This document shows, in pieces, positions 37,191 through 48,446 of a stretch of 64,000 nt of DNA. Numbering within the stretch: position 1 is the stretch's first letter; each line of letters opens with the position of its first letter. The DNA is from Squalus acanthias. Taxonomy: Eukaryota. The stretch is from assembly GCA_030390025.1 (NCBI GenBank), contig CM059433.1, forward strand, positions 31,188,001 to 31,252,000. The letters run 5' to 3'. Under the pieces are notes generated by a model. That model did not search any database, was not told the origin of the DNA, and saw only the letters and a list, made by a program, of their open reading frames with translations. The position numbers and the translations under genes were made by a program.

Positions 37191-38706
37191 TGATGCGGAG
37201 ATGCCGGTGTTGGACTGGGGTGGACAAAATTGAGAGGTCGCACAACACCAGGTTATAGTCCAACAGTTTTATTTGAAATCACAAGCTTTCGGAGCTATCG
37301 ATCGCCCCTTCCTCAGGTGAAGTAGTAAAGAAATACAGACTCGACAAAGCATATATAGATAGAGAACAATGCATGTGTACCTTACAATTGCAGACAACTA
37401 AATTAAATCATCCTGACTATCTGCCGAGGTGTGATAAAGTTAATCAGGTCAGCCAGGAAGGTACCACATCAAAGACATAGCAAGATACAACTGAGACAAT
37501 GAGGTGGAGTCGCAGGGGGTCTAACGTGTCAAAAGCTGCCGTCTGTATGTAAAACGATAAGCTGTAAAAAAAATTTACTTTTTTACTGGGAAAATGTTTA
37601 CTTTTTTACTGGGAATCACATCTGTGAACAAGCCAACGACGACTCGAGTCCGGATCACGTCATGTATCGTGACATAAACCCAAGATCCCGGTTGAGACCG
37701 TCTTCATGAGTGCGGAACTTGGCTATCAGTTTCTGCTCGATGATTTTGCGCTGTCGTGTGTTCCTAAGGTTGCCTTGGAGAACGCTTACCCGCAGATCCG
37801 AGGCTGAATGTCCTTGACTGCTGAAGTGTTCCCCGACTGGGAGGTAACAATCCTGCCTGGTGATTGTTGCGCGGTGCTCGTTCATACGTTGTCTCAGTGT
37901 CTGCATGGTCTCGCCGATGTACCATGCCGCGGTGCATTCTTTCCTGCAACGTATGAGGTAGACAACGTTGGCCGAGTCACATGAGTATGTACCATGTACC
38001 TGGTGGGTAGTGTCCTCACGTGTGATGGTGGTATCTGTGTTGATGATCTGGCATGTCTTGCAGAGTTTGCCGTGGCAGGGTTGTGTGGTGTCGTGGTCGC
38101 TGTTATCCTGAAAGCTGGGTAATTTGCTGCGAACGATGGTACTTCTGAGGTTAGGCGGCTGTTTGAAGGCAAGTAGTGGAGGCGTGGGGATGGCCTTAGC
38201 GAGGTGTTTGTCGTCATCGATGACATGTTGAAGGCTGCGAAGAACATGGCGTAGTTTCTCCGCTCCGGGGAAGTACTGGACGACGTAGGGTACCCTGTTG
38301 GTTGCGTCCCGTGTTTGCCTTCTGAGGAGGTCTATGCGATTTTTCGCTGTGGCCTGTCGGAACTGTCGATCGATGAGTCGAGCGTCATATCCCGTTCTTA
38401 CGAGGGCGTTTTTCAGCGTCCGTAGGTGTCCATCGCGTTCCTCCTCGTCTGAGCAGATCCTGTGTATTCGCAGGGCTTGTCCAATAGGGGATGGCTTCTT
38501 TAACGTGGTTAGGGTGGAAGCTGGAGAAGTGGAGCATCGTGAGGTTGTCCGTGGGCTTGCGGTAGAGTGAAGTGCTGAGGTGTCCGTCTTTGATGGAGAT
38601 TCGTGTGTCCAGGAATGAAACCGATTCTGAGGAGTAGTCCATGGTGAGTTTGATGGTGGGATGGAACTTGTTTATGTTATTGTGTAGTCTTTTCAGTGAT
38701 CCTTCG
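37191..38706 (-). mobile_element. Penelope-like element, left arm (partial RT, GIY-YIG endonuclease, 3' UTR, hammerhead, 35-nt tail)
   Basis: Reverse complement of 38814-40294, plus the terminal tail at 37191-37225. Confidence 0.95.
37279..37320 (-). ncRNA. Minimal type-I hammerhead ribozyme motif (left arm)
   Basis: Reverse complement of 40200-40241. Confidence 0.75.
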
Positions 38707-38708
38707 TG

Positions 38709-40294
38709 CATCTTCATGCACAAGTTCGAGCAAGACTTCTTCGCTGCACAGGACCTCCAGCCAACACTGTACACCAGATACATCGACGGCATTTTCTTCC
38801 TTTGGACACATGGCGAAGGATCACTGAAAAGACTACACGATAACATAAACAAGTTCCATCCCACCATCAAACTCACCATGGACTACTCCTCAGAATCGGT
38901 TTCATTCCTGGACACACGAATCTCCATCAAAGACGGACACCTCAGCACTTCACTCTACCGCAAGCCCACGGACAACCTCACGATGCTCCACTTCTCCAGC
39001 TTCCACCCTAACCACGTTAAAGAAGCCATCCCCTATTGGACAAGCTCTGCGAATACACAGGATCTGCTCAGACGAGGAGGAACGCGATGGACACCTACGG
39101 ACGCTGAAAAACGCCCTCGTAAGAACGGGATATGATGCTCGACTCATCGATCGACAGTTCCGACGGGCCACAGCGAAAAATCGCATAGACCTCCTCAGAA
39201 GGCAAACACGGGACGCAACCAACAGGGTACCCTACGTCGTCCAGTACTTCCCCGGAGCGGAGAAACTACGCCATGTTCTTCGCAGCCTTCAACATGTCAT
39301 CGATGACGACAAACACCTCGCTAAGGCCATCCCCACGCCTCCACTACTTGCCTTCAAACAGCCGCCTAACCTCAGAAGTACCATCGTTCGCAGCAAATTA
39401 CCCAGCTTTCAGGATAACAGCGACCACGACACCACACAACCCTGCCACGGCAAACTCTGCAAGACATGCCAGATCATCAACACAGATACCACCATCACAC
39501 GTGAGGACACTACCCACCAGGTACATGGTACATACTCATGTGACTCGGCCAACGTTGTCTACCTCATACGTTGCAGGAAAGAATGCACCGCGGCATGGTA
39601 CATCGGCGAGACCATGCAGACACTGAGACAACGTATGAACGAGCACCGCGCAACAATCACCAGGCAGGATTGTTACCTCCCAGTCGGGGAACACTTCAGC
39701 AGTCAAGGACATTCAGCCTCGGATCTGCGGGTAAGCGTTCTCCAAGGCAACCTTAGGAACACACGACAGCGCAAAATCATCGAGCAGAAACTGATAGCCA
39801 AGTTCCGCACTCATGAAGACGGTCTCAACCGGGATCTTGGGTTTATGTCACGATACATGACGTGATCCGGACTCGAGTCATCGTTGGCTTGTTCACAGAT
39901 GTGATTCCCAGTAAAAAAGTAAACATTTTCCCAGTAAAAAAGTAAATTTTTTTTACAGCTTATCGTTTTACATACAGACGGCAGCTTTTGACACGTTAGA
40001 CCCCCTGCGACTCCACCTCATTGTCTCAGTTGTATCTTGCTATGTCTTTGATGTGGTACCTTCCTGGCTGACCTGATTAACTTTATCACACCTCGGCAGA
40101 TAGTCAGGATGATTTAATTTAGTTGTCTGCAATTGTAAGGTACACATGCATTGTTCTCTATCTATATATGCTTTGTCGAGTCTGTATTTCTTTACTACTT
40201 CACCTGAGGAAGGGGCGATCGATAGCTCCGAAAGCTTGTGATTTCAAATAAAACTGTTGGACTATAACCTGGTGTTGTGCGACCTCTCAATTTT
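38709..40294 (+). mobile_element. Penelope-like element, right arm (5'-truncated RT plus GIY-YIG; frameshifted)
   Basis: IFMHKFEQ...YTRYIDGIFFLW (YIDD changed to YIDG), SFLD, TSLYRKPTD, NVVYLIRCRKEC..WYIGETMQTLRQRMNEHR; ORF ends at 39865. Confidence 0.95.
40200..40241 (+). ncRNA. Minimal type-I hammerhead ribozyme motif (right arm)
   Basis: TCAC-CTGAGGA-A-GGGGC-gatcgata-GCTCC-GAAA-GC-TT-GTGA: stem I TCAC/GTGA, CUGANGA and GAAA cores, palindromic AAGCTT at stem III. Confidence 0.78.
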
Positions 40295-40526
40295 ATTAAT
40301 AAAAGCATAGAGTACAAAAGCAAGGAAGTTATAAAACACTAGTTAGGCCTCAACAAGAGTATTGTGTTCAAATCTGGGCACCACACTTTAGGAAGGATGT
40401 CAAGGCTTTAGAGATGGTGCAGAAGAGATTTATTAGAATGGTATCAGGGATGAAGGACTTCAGTTATGTGGAGAGACTGGAGAAGCTGGGCTTGTTCTCC
40501 TTAGAGCAGAGAAGGTTAAGAGGAGG

Positions 40527-40562
40527 CGTCCAACCCCAGTCCAACACCGGCATCTCCGCATC
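40527..40562 (+). mobile_element. Solo 36-bp Penelope tail insertion
   Basis: Reverse complement of 37192-37225 (one extra base), flanked by the direct repeat AAGAGGAGG at 40518-40526 and 40563-40571. Confidence 0.85.
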
Positions 40563-41354
40563 AAGAGGAGGTGTGATAGAGGTGTTCAAAATCATGAACA
40601 GTTTTGATCGAGTAAATAAGGAGAAACTGTTTCCAGTGGCAGAAGGGTCGGTAACCAGAGGACACAGATTTATGGTAATTGGCAAAAGAAGCAGAGGCGA
40701 CACGAAGAAACATTTTTTTACACAGCGAGTTGTTAGGATCTGGAATGCACTGCCTGAAAGGGTGGTGGAGGCACATTCAATAGTAACTTTGAAAAGGGAA
40801 TTGGATAAATACTTGAAGGGAAAACATTTAAAAGGCTGTGGGAAAAGAGCAGAGGAGTGGGACTAATTGGATAGCTCTACCAAAGAACTGGCACAGGCAC
40901 GATGGGCTGAATGGCCTCCTGTGCTGTATCATTCTATGATTCTGAATGTGCATCTACAGGTAGCTCGCTGACGAACATGACTTCAATTTTGGCAGTGGTG
41001 GCCCTCAGGTATGTCCTGGGAGGAGGCCAGGCAACCGGGAGAGTGGGGAGGTGAGGCGATCAAAAGAGTTGTGGTGGATGGGGGGTGGGTGGCAGGAGAT
41101 TGGAGCGGGGGCCGGCAATGGTCTTTGGGACAGCTGTAGAGCCGGGTTTCCCGGGAAAGGTTTCTCTTGAAAATATTTTTAAAATCATTTACATTCTGTT
41201 GACAGCCACAGGAGACACTGAAGAATCCTGAGCAAGGCAGGGCCCGACACTTACCACACCAGTTTGTATACAGCTGCAAACAAGACAAGTTTTAAAGGGG
41301 AATCATTGCCAGATTGAGGGGGCAATAATGACGTCTTGGTTTTGGAAGAAAAAA

Positions 41355-41725
41355 AAATGAACTTGTAGTTATATAGCGCCTTTTACGAGCTCAGGACGTC
41401 CCAAAGCACCTTACAGCCAATGAAGTACTTTTGAAGTGTAGTAACTGTGGTAATGTAGGAAATGCAGCAGTTAATTTGCACACAGCAAGGTCCCACAAAC
41501 AGATAATCTGTTTTAGTGAAGTTTACCAGGACACCGGGGAGAACTCCTCTGCTCTTCTTTGAATAGTGCTGTGGGATCTTTTACATCCACCTGAGAGGGC
41601 AGACGGGGCCTTGGTTTAACATATCATCCAAAAAATGGCACCTCCAACAGTGCAGCGCTCCCTCAGTACTGCACAGAAATGTCAGCCTGGATTATGCGCT
41701 CAAGTCTCTGGAGTCGGACTCAGAG
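41355..41725 (-). mobile_element. DeuSINE
   Basis: Reverse-complement SINE. Confidence 0.82.
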
Positions 41726-42258
41726 ATGGGAAGTGAAAAGTGAGCATCATTTTTTGAGATGAGCGCCTTGATCAAATGGGGTGCAAGCAAAGTGATAATC
41801 TATAATGATTCAGCTGAAATCGGTGAAATGTCAGTGACATGTTGATCAACAGAGTTGAAAAGAGCTCTACTTCATAACTTTACAATGATATTAATGTCTC
41901 TTTAAAAAAAAGGTAGGTGAAAACAAATGATATAGGCTCAAATTTATGATCGGAGCCATTAGTACCATCTACGTTTATGGGAGCAGTAAAAAGTCACTGA
42001 GAAATGTTCAATTGCAATTAGATGTACTTACAGGTTATGAAACTAGAAGCACACATCCTGTGGAAACAATCATCATCTTCCATGAAAAATGCACAAATTA
42101 GTCAATAAAACAAAAAGTAATTCCTTCTTCATGAATGATAAATTCCCATTTGCATGTAGAGATGAAGACGGATTGATGTCAGTGGCAAGCGATTGGAGCC
42201 AAGCGATATGGCAAGGGTCAAAATGAGTGGTTTTTTTTGGTTTATTTAGTTAAATATT

Positions 42259-43724
42259 GGCCCAGAATTTGCTTGGAAAATGATGGCGAGTTTAATGTGT
42301 AAATCGTCCAGTAACTTGTGGTGAGGAAGAGATACCCCATGAGTTGCGAATCGCCACAAGTTGCTGGACAATTTGCGTTGCTCTGCTGATAGTCTCGTGA
42401 AAATGGAATCTCGCCCTCAACCTCCCCGTGAGTTTCAAAAAATTGCTGCATTTTCGTATTAATTGTCCATTAACCTCGACATAGAAAGTTAGGGCTGGTA
42501 CTTAACAGCGTAAGTACCCTTTCAATGAGGAGACTTATGTTCCTGCATTGCCATTCAACCTCGGAGTCCCAGAAAGGGAACAATTAAAACTGTGCAGTCT
42601 CACTCCTACAGGTAGTAAGTTGTTCTTAGAAGTTTTAAAATGCAAAATGTTAAAATATTTTTCTTACTTTTCCTTTCTGTCTCTTTTTTTCTTAATCTTT
42701 CTTTCTCTCTCCTGGGGGGTGATTTAGCCAATGGGGGCTCATTGGAGGCGGGACTGCTGCTTGTCGGGTTTTAGTCCCGCCTCCATCGACTTGTGGCCAA
42801 CCCACGCTATTTTCAAAAATTTTTGACAGATGAATTGTCATCGTTTGATAGCTCTGTGAAGCTGTCAAACACTGACATTCTCTGTTGTTTGATGAGTCCT
42901 TGTATTCAAGACTCATCAAAACTCTTTTGTGAGCAGAAAGCAGATGGCTGTTGCATCGGAGAACGCAGCAGCCATCTGTCATCTCTGCCGGTGAGATGCG
43001 GGACTCTCCGGTTCCCCAACTGTTGAAGCCTGCAGGAAGAAACAAAGGTAAGTAAACATTTCCTATCACTTTTCACTCACCTCACATACTTACCTCTCCA
43101 AACTTGCACCCATTACTTACCTCCACAGCGCACTTTTGCACCCCTCCGACCCCCGCAGACCCACTGCTCGCCTCGGTGACCCTGGCGGGGTTTCCCGACG
43201 TTGGGAAGCCTGCGCCTCTGTTGGAAAAATGGGGATAATCTTCTTAACTGCCTGTTAACTACCTGTTAGTAGGCAGTTAAGTGGCTGTAATCCCCTTCCC
43301 ACCTCCAGGAGACGGGACCCGGCGTGGGTCGGCTACCCGCCTCCTGGGAAGATGGCACGGAGGCGGGTTGGGGGCGGGATGGTTACCCACCCCCAGATTC
43401 TGCCATTTTCCCGGCAGTCCCGCCTCCAAACCCGCCTCCCCAGGGCTGGGAAAATCGCCCCCTTTATTTCACTTTCTGTACCTGATTTGACTCTAATCCA
43501 CCCTATTTCCTTCTCGGGCATTTCTCTGTTTCTTTCTCAATCCTTAAATCTCCTTGGTTAAGGAGATAGACTGTTGGTCCCGTCATTCACCGAGGTCCCA
43601 GATGCCCTGTTGCCTCCGCCGCGCCATTATCAGCGACTTGCAGGGCAAAACATTTTCAATCTGAAAGGTGAGGGAAAGATTCTAACTAACGGGACACGCC
43701 GTGAGTTCCATCAAATTCTGGGCC
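42259..43724 (+). mobile_element. Harbinger-type MITE with a second MITE nested at about 42715-43462
   Basis: Outer TIRs ggcccagaatttg / caaattctgggcc, TSD ATT; inner TIRs gggggtgattt / aaatcgccccc. Confidence 0.8.
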
Positions 43725-44945
43725 ATTTAGTTCACAGTTGTGAGAGTTTAGACAATAAATTTGAAGCTAATGGGCCAAAAATTGCAGGAATGGTAGAGCT
43801 CAAGGTGAGTGACGTTAATTGGACTTTTTACTTCGCCGTTTACATCGCACTATATTTACCAGCAATTCCTGGCCCATCATTTCTCACTTTTCTTTTTTTC
43901 TGCTTATGCAGACCATGCATGCATTCTGAGCTGTTTATTACACGGGTGTAGTGAAGTGAATGTTCTTCTCATTTGAGCAAGAGGAAAAAAATTGCACAGT
44001 AAGTTAATTTCCATATGAAAATCAAGCCTGTCGAGGCTCATTTGCAGCCCCAGTGATCTCAGTGTACAGAGGATTAGCAGTGTAACTTTAGTTTTGTTGG
44101 GTGGCGGGGGGGGGGGGCGGGGAGGGGAGGATTGGAGTTGCTGTGAAACATAATTTAGTTTTATTCAATTGCTGCAGTATTCTTCCTGCCTCGCCTGAGG
44201 AGCTAACTTTGGGGGAGGGATAGAGTTCCAGTGGTGTCGACAACGCTTTGATACTTCGCCCTGCGAATTTCAGCAATCGCACCAATTATGGAGGTGTGGA
44301 GGTTGGGTGAGGTTGCCAACTCTGGTTGGACATATTCCTGGAGGTAGCATCACATGACCTCCAACCGCCCCAGCCCCCACACTCCCGCCATTGGTCGGCC
44401 AACATGTCCATCCTCACGGTGCTCGGTCTTGCCTCGCCAGTTGATAAGTGAACAGGCTCTTCATTACCCGCTTGGATGATTCTTGACTGTCAGTCAAACA
44501 GCCTTTCCACCCACCCAAGTCCAATATTTTTATAATTAATAAACAAAAAGTGTTCAAAGGAATTTTTTAAAATGACAATGTTTTAACGCCCCGATGAGTT
44601 TTCCCCTGGAGTGGCTCGCAGCAGTGTCCTGGAGATTAGTCTTTGAATCCTGGAGACTCCAGGGTGATTCTTGGAGGGTTGGAAACCCTAGGGGTCGGGT
44701 CGGGGAGAAGTTTACAACTGTCCCGGTCCCCCCTGCTTGCCCTACATAGGAAAACCACCCAGCTGGTAAAGATTAAGAGTGGCAACCCTGGCTGAATTTA
44801 CGCATCTCTAGAACTCAACAATGCTGTAGCCTGTTGTAGATCCCCCAGCAACGCCTCAGTTAACATCAGCTGAGAGCAGGGGAATGCTAAATTTATATTA
44901 CAGCAAACCTTCCTGCACAAAATAAGGAGGTTATGCTAAATCTTT

Positions 44946-45605
44946 CAGGCGACCGGAAGCTCGGGGTCACGCTTGCGGACTGAACGGAGGTGTTCCGCAA
45001 AGTGGTCAGATTGGGTGACTGCTTTGCGGAACACCTCCGTTCAGTCCGCAAGCGTGATCCCGAGCTTCCGGTCGCCTGTCACTTTAATTCTCTGCTCCAC
45101 TCCCACTTTGATCTCTCCGTCCTCGGCCTCTTACACTGTTCCAACGAAGCTCAACGTAAGCTCGAGGAACAGCACCTTATCTTTCGATTAGGCACTTTAC
45201 AGCCTTCAGGACTTAACATTGAGTTCAACAGTTTCAGACTATAACCTTGGCCCCTATATTTTTTTTTTCCCCTTGTCTTCTCACATGGTAGCTGTTGATG
45301 ATTCTGCCATCGCCATTCACACATCATCTAGAGTCATCTTTTGTTTCTTAACTTGTCCCATTACCTTTCTTTATGCCTTGCACCATCATCCCTTCTGTCA
45401 GTCAATCTCTCCTGCCTTCCAGCCTGTCACAGACCTTCCCTTTGTCCTTTCCTCCCCTCCTCCCTGCCCCTGCTTAAAAATCTCTCTTCTCTAAGCTTTT
45501 CCAGTTCTGACGAAGGGTCCTCGAACCGAAATGTTAACTCTGTTTCTCTCTCCTCGATGCTGCCTGACCTGCTGAGTGTTTCCAGCATTTTCTGTTGTTA
45601 TTTCA
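44946..45605 (+). mobile_element. Penelope-like 3' fragment with a 63-bp 5' fold-back
   Basis: RLGDCFAEHLRSV...VACHFNS...RKLEEQHLIFRLGTLQPSGLN (GIY-YIG C-terminus), 3' UTR and hammerhead; 44946-45008 is the inverse of 45016-45078. Confidence 0.9.
45503..45539 (+). ncRNA. Minimal hammerhead ribozyme motif (degenerate stem II)
   Basis: AGTT-CTGACGA-AGGGTCCTCGAACC-GAAA-TG-TT-AACT. Confidence 0.6.
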
Positions 45606-47114
45606 GTTCCATAGCACTAACCAATCCAGTTCCATAGTACTAACCAACTCAGTTCCATAGCGCTAACCAACAGTGCGCCACAGCGCTAACCTCAGAAGCA
45701 CACCCCATACTGCACTAGTATGATATGTTAATTTCCATTCCCATGGATTTCTGGGGTGGGATTTCCAATTGGCACTAAATATGGGGCAGTTTTGTACTGT
45801 GGGCTCAAATAGAGTACAAACTTGATTTAGATTGTCCAAACACATTTCATGTAGGGCCTTTACAGTCAGCAGCGGGAGGAGACTTCCATGGCAGCAGAAG
45901 TCAACTAGAGGCTCTAACTGGTTGAGCGTCAGATATTTGCTCGATACCGTGCCTGCTGAACCTGTAAAATTAATAAGCCTTTCAGCTCATTTACCACAAA
46001 GCTTTTAATTAATCAATAGCGAGCTCAGAGGTTCACACCACCTGTGCATGAATAATCTACACTAGTATTTACCTCTTAGGAAAATCTATACCAGAAGGAC
46101 ATTAATCACCTGTACTGTCTACTCTGTGGCACTTTGTCGCAGTTGCTAACACATAATATTTCAGAGTGTCCACCATCAATTTGAAGCTATTCTGAGCGCA
46201 TGCATGCATTGTCCAATTGTCCTGCCTTAACCCACTTACAATCCTGTACCAATATAAGGTTCTAATAATAGATGAAATTACTCATTTTTTGTTTTTCCAA
46301 TTGATACGATTTCAATTTATCTTAATTAGCATCTTTCACGGTAGATTTTTCATTCTCGGTGCAGGTTGGTTTTGCCTGTTCAGTGCTTTATCTGCAGGCT
46401 CATCTGCACAGCTAATAAATGACACCTCCTGCTCTACAATCAATTAGCTGCTTAAGTATTGTGGAAGGAGATGAGTCGATACCTTGAGTACGTTTTGAGA
46501 CGACAGCAGAAAACAACAGCCCTGAAATTCTGCATGGGAGTTCTCCTGTCATAGCTCCAACAGGAGACTGACAGAACCCAGCGGCAAACAGTATAAATGG
46601 ACATCTTCAGCCATTTACTGCGGGGTCCAATGGATCCCTGTCAGAGTTACACCGGGAGACTGGCAGAAACCCCTGATATTTTTCAGGGCCAACATTTGTT
46701 AAGCAATGATTCATAATATATTTGAAGTCAAATTCCAGTTACTAACCAGCCAACGATAATATGTCCATTGACTTCAATAAAAAGGAAATCGGACAGGGTG
46801 CATAACTGGCACTCAATTCATTAAACTCTGTTTTATACCACTGCCAAAGTTACATTTTACCTCCAGTATATTAACGTTTCCAATACTACACTAAAACATT
46901 TGTCTTGTTGTTTATATGGTGTGGCATACCCAGGGGACATGTAAAAAAAAACTTTAGAAAGCAATTCCAGGGGTGCTTCACGGAAGAAAAATGGACGCCA
47001 AGCGCTAATGGAAAGGTTGGGATGAATGGTTGAAACGATACGCTTTCAAGAGACTTTTAAAAGGTTTAGGGAGGGAGTTGGAGAGTAGGGCCCAGAAACC
47101 TGAAGGCTCTGCTA

Positions 47115-47610
47115 AAACAACAACAATAACAACTTGTATTTATACAGCGCCTTTAACGTAGTAAAACGTCCCAAGGCGCTTCACAGGAGTATTATAAGCC
47201 AAAGAAATTGACACCGAGCCACATAAGGAGAAATTAGGGCAGGTGACCAAAAGCTTGGTCAAAGAGGTAGGTTTTGAGGAGCGTCTTAACGGAGGAAAGA
47301 GAGGTAGAGAGGCGGAGAGGTTTAGGCAGGGAATTCCAGAGCTTAGGGCCTAGGCGACAAAAGGCATGGCCGCCAATGGTTGAGCGATTATAATCAGGGA
47401 TGCTCAAGAGGGCAGAATTAGAGGAGCGCAGATATCTCGGGGGGTTGTGGGGCTGAGGAGATTACAGAGATAGGGAGGGGCGAGACCATGGAGGGATTTG
47501 AAAACAAGGATGAGAATTTTGAAATCGAGGCATTGCTTAACCGGAAGCCAATGTAGGTCAGCGAGCACAGGGGTGATGGGTGAACGGGACTTGGTGCGAG
47601 TTCAGACACG
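47115..47610 (-). mobile_element. L2 LINE 3' end (relatively young), inside an older L2 remnant
   Basis: (caa)n tail; reverse complement of the 24958-25476 type. Confidence 0.85.
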
Positions 47611-47699
47611 GGGATAAATTATTGTTCTAATACCATCATTGACAGTGTGGTTTTTGGGATGGTTATTCCATTAATGATTTTCTCCTTTGTGTTAAACAC

Positions 47700-48445
47700 C
47701 TTGGGAACCCTGCTCTTATTAACGTGTCAACACTGTCAAAACCTTTGACAAGGTCTGGCACCAATGTACTTTTAAACAGGTTATTATCGTATGGTCTTCC
47801 AAAAATGTTATCTAGTTTCCTCTCAAATTGCTCTATCCGTGCTGCACATTTTTCATCAACTTAGGGATTCCCCCGGGCTCTGTCCTTCCTTCAGCTCTGC
47901 TCCTTCTCCATATCAATAACTGATTCCATTCATCTTCCAGTCCTATCCATTCTTCTGATGATTTCCAATCTGCATTCATCAACTTTCCTCAAATTGAACA
48001 CCTTGCGTGCAGACAACCTTCACGTCTCTCGCAGTTTGATATCTGAATCATTATATTTTGACTCCCTCTGTGTCCTTCAGTCACACACAATAAAAATCTG
48101 GTTTCTTTCTAATTTTAAGGGACACGGTCTCCACAAATTTATCACTGGTCCAACAACTAGCATTTCTTACCTTTGAACTCCCTAAATGCTTGCTCATCCC
48201 ACAGTCTTTTTTCAGCTATCAATGTTCTTGGCCTCGCCATGCCCTCTGACCTCAAATGGAATTCCCACATCTCTTCCATTGCTAAAGCTGTCTCCAAGAA
48301 GCTCAGTTGACACTTTCAAGGCAAGCATTATTTTTTCCCGCAGCAACACAACGGCATTTAATATCAAACTCTGTTCAAGACATGAATGTTGCTCTAATAT
48401 CAGTGGAGGAAATTCCAACACCTCTCTCACGCTCCCAGACAGCAT
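47700..48445 (+). mobile_element. Very old LINE RT remnant
   Basis: Degenerate KTFDKVWH and GIPPGSVL motifs. Confidence 0.5.
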
Positions 48446-48446
48446 A

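Larger units (their letters stand above)
36705..40945 (+). mobile_element. 5'-truncated CR1 (parts about 36705-37190 and 40295-40945) hosting the Penelope palindrome
   Basis: WIRNWLRDRKQRVAVNG...PQGSVLG...FVDGTK before the insertion; VQKRFIRM...TQRVVRIWNALP and a tatgattc tail after it. Confidence 0.9.

Noticed and set aside
37655..39865. Mirror-image ORF pairs as duplicated host genes or a pure assembly artefact
   Set aside because: They are frames of the Penelope palindrome; arm-specific transitions argue for a real, aged structure, though reads should confirm.
45663..45961. About 100-codon open frame on the minus strand after an acceptor-like ttttacag
   Set aside because: No domain similarity and no convincing donor; compatible with chance.
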